DNA of 64,000 nucleotides, from contig CBDDPU010000004.1 of the NCBI GenBank assembly GCA_965232435.1, positions 2,556,423 through 2,620,422 of the forward strand, read 5' to 3'. Numbering within the stretch: the first letter of the stretch is position 1; every line of letters starts with the position of its first letter. This document shows positions 19,162-28,891 of the stretch, piece by piece. Source of the stretch: Dehalococcoidia bacterium (GTDB lineage Bacteria; Chloroflexota; Dehalococcoidia; Lucifugimonadales; VXLM01). The position numbers and the translations under genes are program-made. The notes beneath the pieces are model-generated. The model saw nothing but the letters and a program-made list of their open reading frames with translations. It ran no database searches and was not told the DNA's origin.

Positions 19162-20739
19162 ATGCCTACTGAACAAAGGATTCTTACCGTGACCGAATCA
19201 AAGCGAATAGTCTGCAACGACGACGGATGGATAATGTCTCAAATCATGACTCCGGTGACGACTTCCGTTCTGAAAGAGCGGATCGTCGATACCTACGTAG
19301 ATTCCGGCCTCGACACACTCTCCTGGTGCATGGGCGATACTGGCCGGCAACGCTACGAAACCGCAGACATTCTCTCTCATCCCAGTAATCTCCCATCGGA
19401 CCGCCGGAACGATCTCGCTTCCCAGAATCTCCAGCGGCTCATCGACTCCGACGGCGGCCCGGTCACGATCTTCACGAAACTCTGCCACGACATAGGTATC
19501 AAGTTTCTCCCTTCCCTGAGAATGAACTCACACTACGACCGCGCGGTCACCGACGACAACATCGGAACCATCCGCCGCGACCACCCGGAATATCTCATTG
19601 GCCGCCCGGGTGAGCAGCTCACACCGAACACGACCGAATGGGGCATCCGCACGGGTCTCGACTACGCACGGTCCGAAGTCAGATCGCACGTCGCCGCCAT
19701 AGCCATTGATCTGTTTGAGCGCTTCGACACTGACGGTGTTGAACTCGACTTCATGCGACATCCCGCCTTCTTCCGCGTCGACGAAGCGTACGGCAGCCGC
19801 CACCTGATGACAGACATGCTCCGCCAAATCAGGGCCAGGATGAACGCTGTCTCCGCAACGAAAGGACGCGACCTCGAAATTCTGGTCCGTGTGCCCCCAA
19901 CGCTAGCCGACTCCGCTCGAATCGGCCTTGATGTAGATACATGGATACGGGAGGGGATTGTCGATACTGTTGCCGCCGGGGGAGGGTTCATTCCGCTTCA
20001 CTCGCCAATCGAAGAATTCGTGACGACGGCAAAAGACACCTACTGCCAAATTCTTGGCCCACTGGAATCCCTGCGTCCGGCAACTGAACAGGAATCGGTT
20101 CACGCTATCGCCTCAAGAATGTATGAGGGAGGAGCCGCCGGCCTCTACCTCTTCAACTTCTGGCACAAGTCGACCGACTGGAAACGCCGAGTGTTCAATG
20201 TACTGACTGACCCCAACCAACTCTCTCGTGCCCCCAAACGCTACGAAATGGAGTTCATGGAACGTCTCACTCCCAACGATTTGCACGCATACTCCTTCCG
20301 TTACGCAGTACCTGCCGTCCAATTGCCGGTGGACCTGGGCTTCAACCTGACTGGTCGAGGCCCGATGCTCTCTCTGGTCATCGGCGACGATATCGAAAAT
20401 GCCGCAGCCAATGACGAGATTGCCTGGTGCACGCTGGAGCTTGGCCTGAGCGAGATGACCGCCGAAGACGAACTAGAGGTGTTGGTTAACGGAGTCCCCC
20501 TGCCTTCTAAAGACGCCACTCGGCGCTTCGGGGCGTGGAGCCGACAGGAATGGACAAGATTCCCCGACCGGCTTGCCGAAGTGGACTACGAGGGCGGCGT
20601 TATCGAGTACGAGATCCAAGGCCCGCCGTTCAGGAAAGGCGTCAACGAGATCGAAGTGCGCACAGTCATGCGAACGGTTATGCAGGGAGCAAGACTCTCC
20701 CTGCGTCACGTGGAACTGCAAATACAGTATGACGTCTAA
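19162..20739 (+). CDS. Hypothetical protein (possible TIM-barrel glycosidase-like fold; function unassigned)
   Basis: Uninterrupted 525-aa ORF with non-repetitive composition. DGVELDFMRHPAFF resembles a barrel-strand motif of glycosidase-like proteins. No confident family assignment. Confidence 0.45.
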   Translation: MPTEQRILTVTESKRIVCNDDGWIMSQIMTPVTTSVLKERIVDTYVDSGLDTLSWCMGDTGRQRYETADILSHPSNLPSDRRNDLASQNLQRLIDSDGGPVTIFTKLCHDIGIKFLPSLRMNSHYDRAVTDDNIGTIRRDHPEYLIGRPGEQLTPNTTEWGIRTGLDYARSEVRSHVAAIAIDLFERFDTDGVELDFMRHPAFFRVDEAYGSRHLMTDMLRQIRARMNAVSATKGRDLEILVRVPPTLADSARIGLDVDTWIREGIVDTVAAGGGFIPLHSPIEEFVTTAKDTYCQILGPLESLRPATEQESVHAIASRMYEGGAAGLYLFNFWHKSTDWKRRVFNVLTDPNQLSRAPKRYEMEFMERLTPNDLHAYSFRYAVPAVQLPVDLGFNLTGRGPMLSLVIGDDIENAAANDEIAWCTLELGLSEMTAEDELEVLVNGVPLPSKDATRRFGAWSRQEWTRFPDRLAEVDYEGGVIEYEIQGPPFRKGVNEIEVRTVMRTVMQGARLSLRHVELQIQYDV

Positions 20740-21806
20740 CTTAGGCTAACGGTCCGCCCCGTCAAGGAAGATTCGATCGCCGCCTCGATTACATCGAGAA
20801 CGTGAACCATGGACTCAATCGGCGCCAACGCAGGCCTTCCGGCGCGGGACGCTTGAAGGAACTGACGAACGAATTCCTCGCCGGCCACTCCTCCGTATGC
20901 CGGAGAATCCGGCAAGGTGAAGGAGTAATCCCTAACACCCCCGGACGCCCACCCCTCGGCTATGCTGTTCAAACTGTAGCCCCCTCGCTCCGAGAGTGGA
21001 ATGCGAACGTACCCCTCCGTCCCCCTCAAGGCCATGAATGCATCATACCGCGCCCCGGAGTACCCCGAAGCGCTCCCAACCAAATGGTATCCCGCATGGA
21101 CTGTTCCCAACGCCCCGCTCTTGAACCTAATCACCAAACAAGCAGTATCCTCTACGTCGATGGGAAAGGGGTTCTTTGTGTCAACCATCGCAGCCACAGA
21201 CTCAATCCGATCGTCGAGTAGGTAGCACAGCGCGTCAATATGGTGACAGCCCAGCCATGACAGGATTCCGGAACCGGCCTTCGCCTTTTCGAACAGCCAG
21301 AACGTCGGGTCGCGGTACTGAACCTGAGACGTCACCTGCCGCGCCTCGACAGCCATGACCTCTCCCAGCGCTCCTGCGCGAACCGCCCGGCTCACGTCGA
21401 GGATAACGGGATCATTCCGAAACGTTAGCATCGTTCCCATCGTCAGGTTCTTACTTCCGGCAGCCTTCGCGATTCCTCGAAGCCGTGCCGCCGTGAGGGC
21501 CCCCGGCTTTTCAAACAGCGCGGCTTTACCCGCATCCACTGCCGCATCGAGCGCAGCCGGACACTCGTCATTCCGCACCGAAACAATAAGCGCGTCAACG
21601 TCTTGCCGCAGCATTTCTTCTAGCTGTTCGGTCTCAGTCGCGATCTTCGATGAGGCCTGCCGAATTCCGTCCCTCTCACCATCTCCAAAGTGGCATACGT
21701 GAACGGCTCCGACCTCAGGCAGCGCCTCCAGAGTCCGCATATGCATGAGTGAATGAGGGTTTTCCGAAGTAACGAAGCCGACGGAGAACCGATCTTGCGT
21801 AGACAC
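20736..21806 (-). CDS. Gfo/Idh/MocA-family oxidoreductase
   Basis: FEKPGALT (EKP motif) and a Rossmann-like N-terminus. Start placed at the GTG at 21806, 8 nt after GGAGG; the ORF track begins at the TTG at 21821. Confidence 0.8.
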   Translation of the reverse strand: MSTQDRFSVGFVTSENPHSLMHMRTLEALPEVGAVHVCHFGDGERDGIRQASSKIATETEQLEEMLRQDVDALIVSVRNDECPAALDAAVDAGKAALFEKPGALTAARLRGIAKAAGSKNLTMGTMLTFRNDPVILDVSRAVRAGALGEVMAVEARQVTSQVQYRDPTFWLFEKAKAGSGILSWLGCHHIDALCYLLDDRIESVAAMVDTKNPFPIDVEDTACLVIRFKSGALGTVHAGYHLVGSASGYSGARYDAFMALRGTEGYVRIPLSERGGYSLNSIAEGWASGGVRDYSFTLPDSPAYGGVAGEEFVRQFLQASRAGRPALAPIESMVHVLDVIEAAIESSLTGRTVSLS

Positions 21807-21884
21807 AGAAAGCACCTCCAAAAGGAACTCGATTACGGCTCATCTCACGTAGCAGCCTAAACCCCAATGCATTAATAGGGATGA

Positions 21885-22997
21885 CTATCCGGTCAGGACC
21901 GTCCGAAGACTTTCGGCGACGATCTCCGGCTCACCGTCCCTGAGATTGTGAGCGACCAGTGCGAGGGTGTCATCTCCCACAGCCTCGGCGCGGATTCGAG
22001 GAGTCATGTTACTCAGTGCTGCAATGACCCCGGGAGCATCCATGCCCGAGGCCCTCATATCGAGGGTGACATTCAAGGCAATGGCCATGTAGTTGTCGGA
22101 GGCTGAAATCGACGTGGCAGAAACTGAAGCGAGACCGTTCAGCGCATCTTGGATGATTCCAAGCCTCCCGCCCGCAATGAGCAGCCGTTCCTCATGATCC
22201 ATGGCGAACCATTCGCTCACTGCGGTGACTACCCCCACAATCTCCTGCCGATCCATCTTCATCGCCCGTCCGAATGGCTTGCCCGGAGCGATGAAGCCGT
22301 GTCCGACGGCCGCCTCCACCAAGTCCTTCCGCCCGCACAGGAACCCGGTCGAGTGAGGGGCGCCCATGTACTTGCCGCCAAAGCAAGCAAGATCCGCCTT
22401 TTGAGCGTTCTCACGGAAGTAATCGATCGGGTATATTTGTGCAGCGCAGTCCGCGAGAATGGGCACATCATGATCGCGAGCAAGTTGGGCGGCGGCGTCA
22501 TAACTCACAACCGACTTGGCGTCGTTCCTTGTTACGAGGTACACAATAGCTGCAGTCGATGGCCCAATTGCAGCCGCCATCTCATCTAGTGAACACTCAG
22601 CCTCGCTCCCGACCTTCACGAGCTTCCCACCCGGCACGCTGTACGCCCGGTCGTATCCATAAGACTGGGCTTCCTGAAAGACAAACTCGTTTCTCATCCC
22701 GGTTGTGTCGGGTATCCGGTCCATCTTATCAGGGTCCCTGCCGGTCATCACGGCGGCCGAACTCAAGACAAGCGCGGCGAAGCAACCCGATGTCGGGTAC
22801 GCTGCCTCGACGCCGAGCGCCTCGGCGATCACCTCACCCGACTTCTCCAACAACTCCTCCATCTCGACCCAGTAACCGTTAGCCTCATCCATAGCTCGCC
22901 GTACCGCTGGAGAGGGTGTGGATCCTCCCCAAATCGTCGTGTTACCGCTTGCGTTGATGACCGGGCGCGCGCCCAGCCGTGTGTATATATCTGTCAT
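21885..22997 (-). CDS. SelA-like / DgaE-like PLP-dependent enzyme (paralog 1)
   Basis: N-terminus IYTRLGARPVINASGNTTIWGGSTPSP and putative PLP-lysine context CFGGKYMGAPHSTGFLCGRKDLV. Trimmed to the ATG at 22997. Confidence 0.7.
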   Translation of the reverse strand: MTDIYTRLGARPVINASGNTTIWGGSTPSPAVRRAMDEANGYWVEMEELLEKSGEVIAEALGVEAAYPTSGCFAALVLSSAAVMTGRDPDKMDRIPDTTGMRNEFVFQEAQSYGYDRAYSVPGGKLVKVGSEAECSLDEMAAAIGPSTAAIVYLVTRNDAKSVVSYDAAAQLARDHDVPILADCAAQIYPIDYFRENAQKADLACFGGKYMGAPHSTGFLCGRKDLVEAAVGHGFIAPGKPFGRAMKMDRQEIVGVVTAVSEWFAMDHEERLLIAGGRLGIIQDALNGLASVSATSISASDNYMAIALNVTLDMRASGMDAPGVIAALSNMTPRIRAEAVGDDTLALVAHNLRDGEPEIVAESLRTVLTG

Positions 22998-23087
22998 GTC
23001 CTGCCCTCTCAGAGATTTTCTCTTGTACTGCCGGTAAGAACCATTCAAATTTCGCGGCATGAATTGAGGACTCTCATGCATCGACCC

Positions 23088-24284
23088 TTAGCGTAGCGCA
23101 GTACGCAGACGTTCCGCAATGACCTCAGGCTGTCCATCGTGAAGAGTATGGAGGGCGATACTTATGGAGGTTTCCTCATGCACTACAAGTATGCTGGGAG
23201 TGCCGGACGCCAACTCATCTGCCACAGCGTGCCCTGACACGGAAATCACCTTCGGATCAAGGGCAACCGTCAAAGCCGCCGCAGCGTGACTTTCAAGACG
23301 ATCGACATCGGTCGACACTCCGGCAATATCCTCCACGCCCCGCCGTATGATTCTCGCCTTAGACATAAGGCCCAAAATACGACCCTCGTGATCCATCGTC
23401 AGCCACTCTTCGAGAGCAACGACCATCCCAACGATTTCCTGCCGATCGACCTTCATCGATCTGCCAATGGAACGGGGCCTGTCACCGGACTGCGACGCGA
23501 CGAAGCCCTGCCGAGAAGCGTCATGCACCAACTCGGAACGACCGCAGAGAAACCCGGTCGAACTCGGCGCCCCGAAGTACTTTCCGCCAAAACACACGAG
23601 ATCCGCAGCCCCGGATATCCACCGCATACGATCAACCGGATATGCCTGATACGCGGCATCCACTATTACCGGAACATCGCGGCCGCGTCCGATATCCATC
23701 GCTTCGGTGATTGAAACAATCGAATCGTCCTCTGTCCCTCGGGTCTTGTCCACATACCCAATGCCGGCGGTATCCGGCCCAATTGCTTCCTCCATCTCCC
23801 GCGCAGTGCATCCCTTCTCGTCTCCGACCACAATAAGCGTACCGCCTGGAACAACGTAGCACCGATCGTAAAAATACCGCTGCTTGTGCTGAAAAATGAA
23901 CTCGCGCTTCATCCCCGTCGTGTCCGGCAGCCTCCCCAGTCCTTCCTTTTCCGAACCTGCCATTACTCCGGCCGCCGCATGCACTATCGCCGATGCGCAC
24001 CCGGACGTGATGAACGCCGCCTCTACGCCAAGAAGCTCCGCGACTCGCTCACCGCTGCGCTCCATCAGCTCCGGCATAGAGCAGTAGTAGGCGTCCGCGT
24101 CATCCATGGCCCGCTTTGCCCGCGCGCTCGGTGTCGAGCCGCCGAGAGCGGTCTTATTGCCGATACCGTTGATCACGGGTGTGACACCAAGCCGGCTATA
24201 GATATCGGTCACGACATCCCTCGCTTGGAACTCACCGGAAAGCTGATCCGTCCCAGTCGACCCACTCGCGGATTCCACTCGCAT
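23088..24284 (-). CDS. SelA-like / DgaE-like PLP-dependent enzyme (paralog 2)
   Basis: IYSRLGVTPVINGIGNKTALGGSTPS and CFGGKYFGAPSSTGFLCGRSELV. ATG at 24284 is preceded by GGGAGG. The Arg-rich N-terminal 63 aa of the ORF track were rejected. Confidence 0.7.
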   Translation of the reverse strand: MRVESASGSTGTDQLSGEFQARDVVTDIYSRLGVTPVINGIGNKTALGGSTPSARAKRAMDDADAYYCSMPELMERSGERVAELLGVEAAFITSGCASAIVHAAAGVMAGSEKEGLGRLPDTTGMKREFIFQHKQRYFYDRCYVVPGGTLIVVGDEKGCTAREMEEAIGPDTAGIGYVDKTRGTEDDSIVSITEAMDIGRGRDVPVIVDAAYQAYPVDRMRWISGAADLVCFGGKYFGAPSSTGFLCGRSELVHDASRQGFVASQSGDRPRSIGRSMKVDRQEIVGMVVALEEWLTMDHEGRILGLMSKARIIRRGVEDIAGVSTDVDRLESHAAAALTVALDPKVISVSGHAVADELASGTPSILVVHEETSISIALHTLHDGQPEVIAERLRTALR

Positions 24285-25236
24285 CGACCAACCTCCCGTA
24301 TGCCTCGATATGCCCCTGCGAATAACCCGCCTGAGCCGGAAAGTGCGGCCCTGTGTCCAAACCAAGGACGCGAAGACGAAGCCGCGCGTCAGGACCTTCG
24401 CCCATCCCCGGCGACGAAAGCTCGCCGGGTCTGACGGCCTTGATCGGGGGATCGAGCTGCATGGCGATTTCAATCCGGTCGAACTCGTCCCAACGCTTCT
24501 CCTGAACGAGTTGCCAGCGGTGCAAGGACAGGCGCGGCGCTACGTTGACCATAAAATCGGTAAAGCCCCGCGCGCCGAGACGGTAGCCGATTGACATCAC
24601 GCTGCCGTTGCTGATGAAGCTTATCCGCTCGCCGAAAAGGCGGATCATGCTCATGTATTGCTGCGCGCTTGGGGAAGACCACTTAATGCCTGCGAAGTTC
24701 TCGATCTGCGCGAGGCGCTCGATCAGCGATTGCGAAAAGCTGTACCCGCCAGGCATGGCCCACGGCGTGTTATACGCCATTATGCCGATGTCGGCCCTCT
24801 CGCCGATGTAGTCGTAGTGAGCGAATATCTCGTCCTCGGTGGGCTGCAAGTAGCGCGGCGGGGCGCACTGGATATAATCCATCCCAAGGTCGGCGGCATA
24901 CCGCGCCTTTCGCGCCGCTCGCCGGGCGCTCAACTCGAACACGCCGATACCCGTAAGGGCCCTGCCGTCTACGGCCTCGACCAGTGTGTTCGCCATCGCC
25001 TCCCATTCGTCGTCGTCGAGGAAGTACCCCTCTCCCAACCCGCCCGCGATAAAGATCACCGCGTTCCCCTCGCCGATACCCCGCTCGATCAGCCAACTGA
25101 TATGCGCCTTCGACCGGTCGAGTTGCAGATTATGCCGGTCATCATTAAACGTCGGCAGTGAGACGGCAATGCCTGCCAGCTTTTTTCGTCTATCCTCAGT
25201 ATTCATGTAGCCCATCCCGTTTGCGTTGTTCCTCAA
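24232..25236 (-). CDS. DHDPS-family aldolase-like protein
   Basis: GIAVSLPTF...NAVIFIAGGLGEGYFL resembles the DHDPS/NAL family N-terminus. Start uncertain (TTG 25236, ATG 25215 or ATG 25206). Overlaps the next gene by about 53 nt. Confidence 0.7.
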   Translation of the reverse strand: MRNNANGMGYMNTEDRRKKLAGIAVSLPTFNDDRHNLQLDRSKAHISWLIERGIGEGNAVIFIAGGLGEGYFLDDDEWEAMANTLVEAVDGRALTGIGVFELSARRAARKARYAADLGMDYIQCAPPRYLQPTEDEIFAHYDYIGERADIGIMAYNTPWAMPGGYSFSQSLIERLAQIENFAGIKWSSPSAQQYMSMIRLFGERISFISNGSVMSIGYRLGARGFTDFMVNVAPRLSLHRWQLVQEKRWDEFDRIEIAMQLDPPIKAVRPGELSSPGMGEGPDARLRLRVLGLDTGPHFPAQAGYSQGHIEAYGRLVDASGIREWVDWDGSAFR

Positions 25237-25269
25237 GAAATTCCGTACGTTGGAGAGCGGGCGATTCGA

Positions 25270-28188
25270 TCATCCGTCAGGCGCGGTGCGCTTTCCCCCG
25301 TGCACGCTCGGCTCCATGCACCACTTCATCCTGAGCAGATCAAGCGGCTCCAATATACTCTTCGGCAAGCCGAGCATGTCAATCAGAACTCGATAGTCCA
25401 ATTCCTTGCGCGAATTGTCATGATACGCCTCGTTAGCCGGCAGGAACTGCGCAGATCGCATATCCTCGAAGATCGACTCACATTCCGCAAGCTGCCCCGG
25501 AGAAAGCTTCGTCACGTCGAGGGTCGGCATCGTGCGGATGACCGTGATGGGCATACGCCCGCGCCCGGCCTGTTGGCGGCTCGAATGCCACCAGTAACAA
25601 ATGAGCCCCAGTGTCGTATTCCCCCACACCGTGTAAGCGATTTCATGCGCACGGTCGGCAAACTTTACATTCGGCCACGCCCTGCCCCCAATCGTCTGCC
25701 TCTCCGTGAACGCCACCGCCAGAGGCTGGGAGTTAAAACGAAGGTCCCTGTTATGGTGCGCATGGCTCCGCGTATCCCAAATTTCTCCGGCTCGGCCCTC
25801 TCTGCCAATCTTTACTCTTCCCTCGCTGTCCGGTTCGACCACCATACGCTTCTCACGCTGAGCGTCGTGGCTCCATAGCATCGGATACGTCGAAGCGATT
25901 GATGTCGATTTGATGCGATCGAAGGCTGTCTGGCTGCCGTTGCCTACAATGTTGTTGTCAGTTATCCCAACTCGGCACACCTGTTGAAGTGTAGCCATCG
26001 GCACAGACAGAATGTCTTGATCTCGCATTTGAGGAAGCCAAACTTTGCCTTGGGCCAACTGGTAAGCAGTCTGAATCGGGATAGAGTCCGCGATTCCTGC
26101 CGTCGGCCAGGGCGCTTCTCCTCCCAAGGGCGCAGTCAGCACTTCACCCAGCTTCTCATCACCAACGAACAGAGGCGTACCGCCGAACGGGCCGTCTTCA
26201 AGTGACCTCACGGCTGAGGATGTAGCCAGCGCGCTTATCGCCCTGGCGATCTCGCTCGCCTCCATCTCGTTGCGCGGCCGCCGACTCAGAGATACGAACA
26301 TCCCACGACCCGCCGGAGCGCCGGAGGACTCGCGGCAGATAAGCAAAACCTCTGCCATCCCTGTGTCAGCGGAAAACGACTGCTCATCCGGATTGGAGGC
26401 CGCAATGCTGAGAAGCGTTACGTCATTGTACTTACAGGCTATGAGTTCCCGAACCTTCAGCCAACTCGACCCCTGCAATGCGGTCAGGGGAAGAACCAAC
26501 GCAATGGTTCCGTCTTTCTTGACCATCTTATCCGAAAGTGCGACAAACCATGACGCGAGCCCGGCATAGCCGTGCGCGCACGTGCCTTTAGCGTACTCCC
26601 TCGCCAGATTGAACATCCTCTCTTGAGTATCCCAATCCGTTTCGAGTCCATGAAACTGCTTTTTGTTGTACCCTGCCGGGTTCCCCGGTGTGTAGTCGGA
26701 ACCTCCACTCGTAAACGGTGGATTCATTATGACCAAATCCTGGCTGCCTGGCGGCATTTCCACGCCAAGCTCGGATTGTGCTTCTCCCGTGCCGGTGACC
26801 GCCCGCCCACTGTGCAAAGGTATCAGCGGCCTGACCTCGCCGTTGCCTGCCAAGAGATCGAGTGAACCCAGCGATACGCCGCCTTGTTCAGTCTTGCCGT
26901 ACTGCGCGACGATGGTTCGAGACCCGTCATATCCCTGCGTGGGATGTGTCGAAGACAGCATGGACGCCGTGAGATGCACAGCCGACGGGAGCACGTCGCA
27001 CGCAGTGAGCGAATTCGCCATCATGTGCGAGTGCAGCTGCTCAGGATCACCGCCGTCAAGCCAGTGAAGCCGGTTCAACCGCCGATACGCGGCATGGATG
27101 AGTGTCCCGGTCCCGCAGGCATAGTCGGCAATGCGAAAGTCCTTGACTCGCTCAGGACTGCCCCAGTCTCCACCGCCAGGCAGGGCGAGGTGTGCCAAGA
27201 GCGTCGCGGATTCGGGTCTCGTGTAGAACGTCGCCAGGAATTTACGGTCGGTTATGAGCCTCTGGAACACCGTTCCGATGAGGTCGTGGGACTGCGTGAC
27301 TCCCAGTGTAATAAGTCTGTCTGCCGTTCTTCTCATTATCTGCAATGCGTCGGCCGCCATGCCGGGCGGGTTGATGCAGCGGAGCAGATCACTTGCAATA
27401 CTGAAGATCGACCAGTAATTGACGCTAAGAATCTTGCTCCACTCAGAGAGCACGTCGGCCCGAAGCAGGATACCGTCGTCGGCTATGTCGTCGAGACTCT
27501 TTACGCCATGCTGCCCGGCCATGTTCTGGTGAAAGACCAGCGCATTCACGATTATCGTCGCGGTCATTCGGAGCGTCTGCTCGCTGTAAGGCTGCCTCAG
27601 AAGTCTGGTTAACGCAGGTTGAGTGCTCTCCCTGAGCATAGCGGCCTCCCGCAAAATGGACGCCGCGTCCTGCACACCCTCCTCAAGAATCGCAACTGCC
27701 CTCTGAACGGCATCCTCAGGTGTCGCGGCGTTCATCGCAAATACCGCTAGGTCTCGGATGTTCCCGGATATGAAGCCCGACGTTGGGAACCGGCTGACGT
27801 CGGCCGCAGTCGGCCCGGCGAACAGGGCATACTCAAGCGTGACTCCCTCGGTAAGCAGGACGTCCACCTGGTCAGCCCCGGCGCAATCGCGCAAATCGAT
27901 AGGCGACCTCAGAGCAATTGCCGCCTCAACCCGTCCTGAAGCGGACTCGATGCCCGGCGCGAGTCGTTCGCCCAGACGATGCAGCGCCTCCCCTTCAACA
28001 GTCCCCGCCGGAGAGTACTCATTTTCAATGACGACCGGCTGCGCGCTCGGTTGGACGATGAGGATATCCGGCTGCTTTTGGCTGCCCTGAAACGCGCCTT
28101 TGGTCTCGCCCATCGCATTCCAACGTACCGTCATGCGATCAAGGAGAGTAGCGATGCGACCATTAAGTTGAGGTTCAAGAATAGGCAT
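25270..28188 (-). CDS. 972-aa single-chain gamma-class N6-adenine DNA methyltransferase with type IIG-like layout (nuclease-like N-terminus, helical region, MTase, TaqI_C-like TRD)
   Basis: Motif I IADYACGTGTLIHAAY and motif IV LVIMNPPFTSGG. N-terminal PD...E-x-E segment QPDILIVQPSAQPVVIENEY. C-terminal TRD-like NTTLGLICYWWHSSRQQAGRGRMPITVIRTMPTLDV. Confidence 0.7.
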   Translation of the reverse strand: MPILEPQLNGRIATLLDRMTVRWNAMGETKGAFQGSQKQPDILIVQPSAQPVVIENEYSPAGTVEGEALHRLGERLAPGIESASGRVEAAIALRSPIDLRDCAGADQVDVLLTEGVTLEYALFAGPTAADVSRFPTSGFISGNIRDLAVFAMNAATPEDAVQRAVAILEEGVQDAASILREAAMLRESTQPALTRLLRQPYSEQTLRMTATIIVNALVFHQNMAGQHGVKSLDDIADDGILLRADVLSEWSKILSVNYWSIFSIASDLLRCINPPGMAADALQIMRRTADRLITLGVTQSHDLIGTVFQRLITDRKFLATFYTRPESATLLAHLALPGGGDWGSPERVKDFRIADYACGTGTLIHAAYRRLNRLHWLDGGDPEQLHSHMMANSLTACDVLPSAVHLTASMLSSTHPTQGYDGSRTIVAQYGKTEQGGVSLGSLDLLAGNGEVRPLIPLHSGRAVTGTGEAQSELGVEMPPGSQDLVIMNPPFTSGGSDYTPGNPAGYNKKQFHGLETDWDTQERMFNLAREYAKGTCAHGYAGLASWFVALSDKMVKKDGTIALVLPLTALQGSSWLKVRELIACKYNDVTLLSIAASNPDEQSFSADTGMAEVLLICRESSGAPAGRGMFVSLSRRPRNEMEASEIARAISALATSSAVRSLEDGPFGGTPLFVGDEKLGEVLTAPLGGEAPWPTAGIADSIPIQTAYQLAQGKVWLPQMRDQDILSVPMATLQQVCRVGITDNNIVGNGSQTAFDRIKSTSIASTYPMLWSHDAQREKRMVVEPDSEGRVKIGREGRAGEIWDTRSHAHHNRDLRFNSQPLAVAFTERQTIGGRAWPNVKFADRAHEIAYTVWGNTTLGLICYWWHSSRQQAGRGRMPITVIRTMPTLDVTKLSPGQLAECESIFEDMRSAQFLPANEAYHDNSRKELDYRVLIDMLGLPKSILEPLDLLRMKWCMEPSVHGGKRTAPDG

Positions 28189-28227
28189 GGGGGTTTTACT
28201 AATCGTTCCTTCGATCCTGCCGTGGTT

Positions 28228-28632
28228 TCACGGGTGATCGGTCATCGTCCAATTCTCAAGTCTGAGGTCGGGCACTCGCTCGAAGTGACGGACGCTGTTG
28301 GTTACTATGGTTGCATTGAGGCTCAGCGCGTGGGCTGCGATCATTGTGTCGAGAACGCCGATTAGGTTGCCTCGCGCTTCAAGGCGCGCCCGGAGGCGGC
28401 CGTACTCTGAAGCTGCCTTGCGGTCCCACTGAAGGACCATGAGTCGAGCGGCGTACTCTTCCAAGACATGAAGATTATGCTCAATAAGATTCGATTTCAC
28501 GGCTCCAAAGTATAATTCACCATACGTTACGATAGAGATGCACAGGTTCGTGGGCGGTACGGCCTCGAAACGCTGTAACACGCGAAACGACCTTTTCCTT
28601 ATAACGGAAACGGAGATGTCAGTGTCCAGCAT
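28228..28632 (-). CDS. vapC: Type II toxin VapC (PIN domain)
   Basis: MLDTDISVSVIR... N-terminal acidic PIN motif, plus a later conserved Asp (LDTMIAAHAL) and TNSVRHFERV. ATG at 28632, 8 nt after the vapB stop. Confidence 0.8.
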   Translation of the reverse strand: MLDTDISVSVIRKRSFRVLQRFEAVPPTNLCISIVTYGELYFGAVKSNLIEHNLHVLEEYAARLMVLQWDRKAASEYGRLRARLEARGNLIGVLDTMIAAHALSLNATIVTNSVRHFERVPDLRLENWTMTDHP

Positions 28633-28640
28633 GTAGAGCG

Positions 28641-28877
28641 TCAAGACCAATCGCGCTCTTCTGCGGGCATATCTCTAGGTTCCACAGAAAAGTCCTCCGA
28701 TGCAACTGGCACCTTTTCAAAGAACTCTCTCCAGCTCGAATTTCTCTTGGGCGACAGGACGACTCTATCACCGTCTTTTTCAATGTAGACCTCAGAACCC
28801 TCAAAACGGAATTCCTTTGGAATCCTGACTGCTTGACTCCGTCCGTTCCTGAATAGTTTGGCGACCTTTCGTTCCAT
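28641..28877 (-). CDS. vapB: Type II antitoxin VapB (AbrB/SpoVT-like)
   Basis: [20 protein letters not shown] is the swapped-hairpin AbrB/MazE-type DNA-binding motif. 78 aa, directly upstream of vapC. Confidence 0.8.
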   Translation of the reverse strand: MERKVAKLFRNGRSQAVRIPKEFRFEGSEVYIEKDGDRVVLSPKRNSSWREFFEKVPVASEDFSVEPRDMPAEERDWS

Positions 28878-28891
28878 CGTCGTACTCCTGA

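Noticed and set aside
20736-20739. 4-nt overlap of convergent stop codons (19162-20739 plus strand versus 20736-21806 minus strand), and the 23-nt convergent overlap at 39463-39485
   Set aside because: Both are real in the sequence. However, short convergent overlaps are common in compact genomes, and there is no evidence of antisense regulation.
21885-24473. Genuine selenocysteine synthase (selA), which would link to the in-frame TGA at 35153
   Set aside because: Both proteins are about 370-400 aa after start correction and lack the SelA N-terminal tRNA-binding domain. No selB, selD or tRNA-Sec is present in the window. The 461-aa ORF length is inflated by an Arg-rich false N-terminus.
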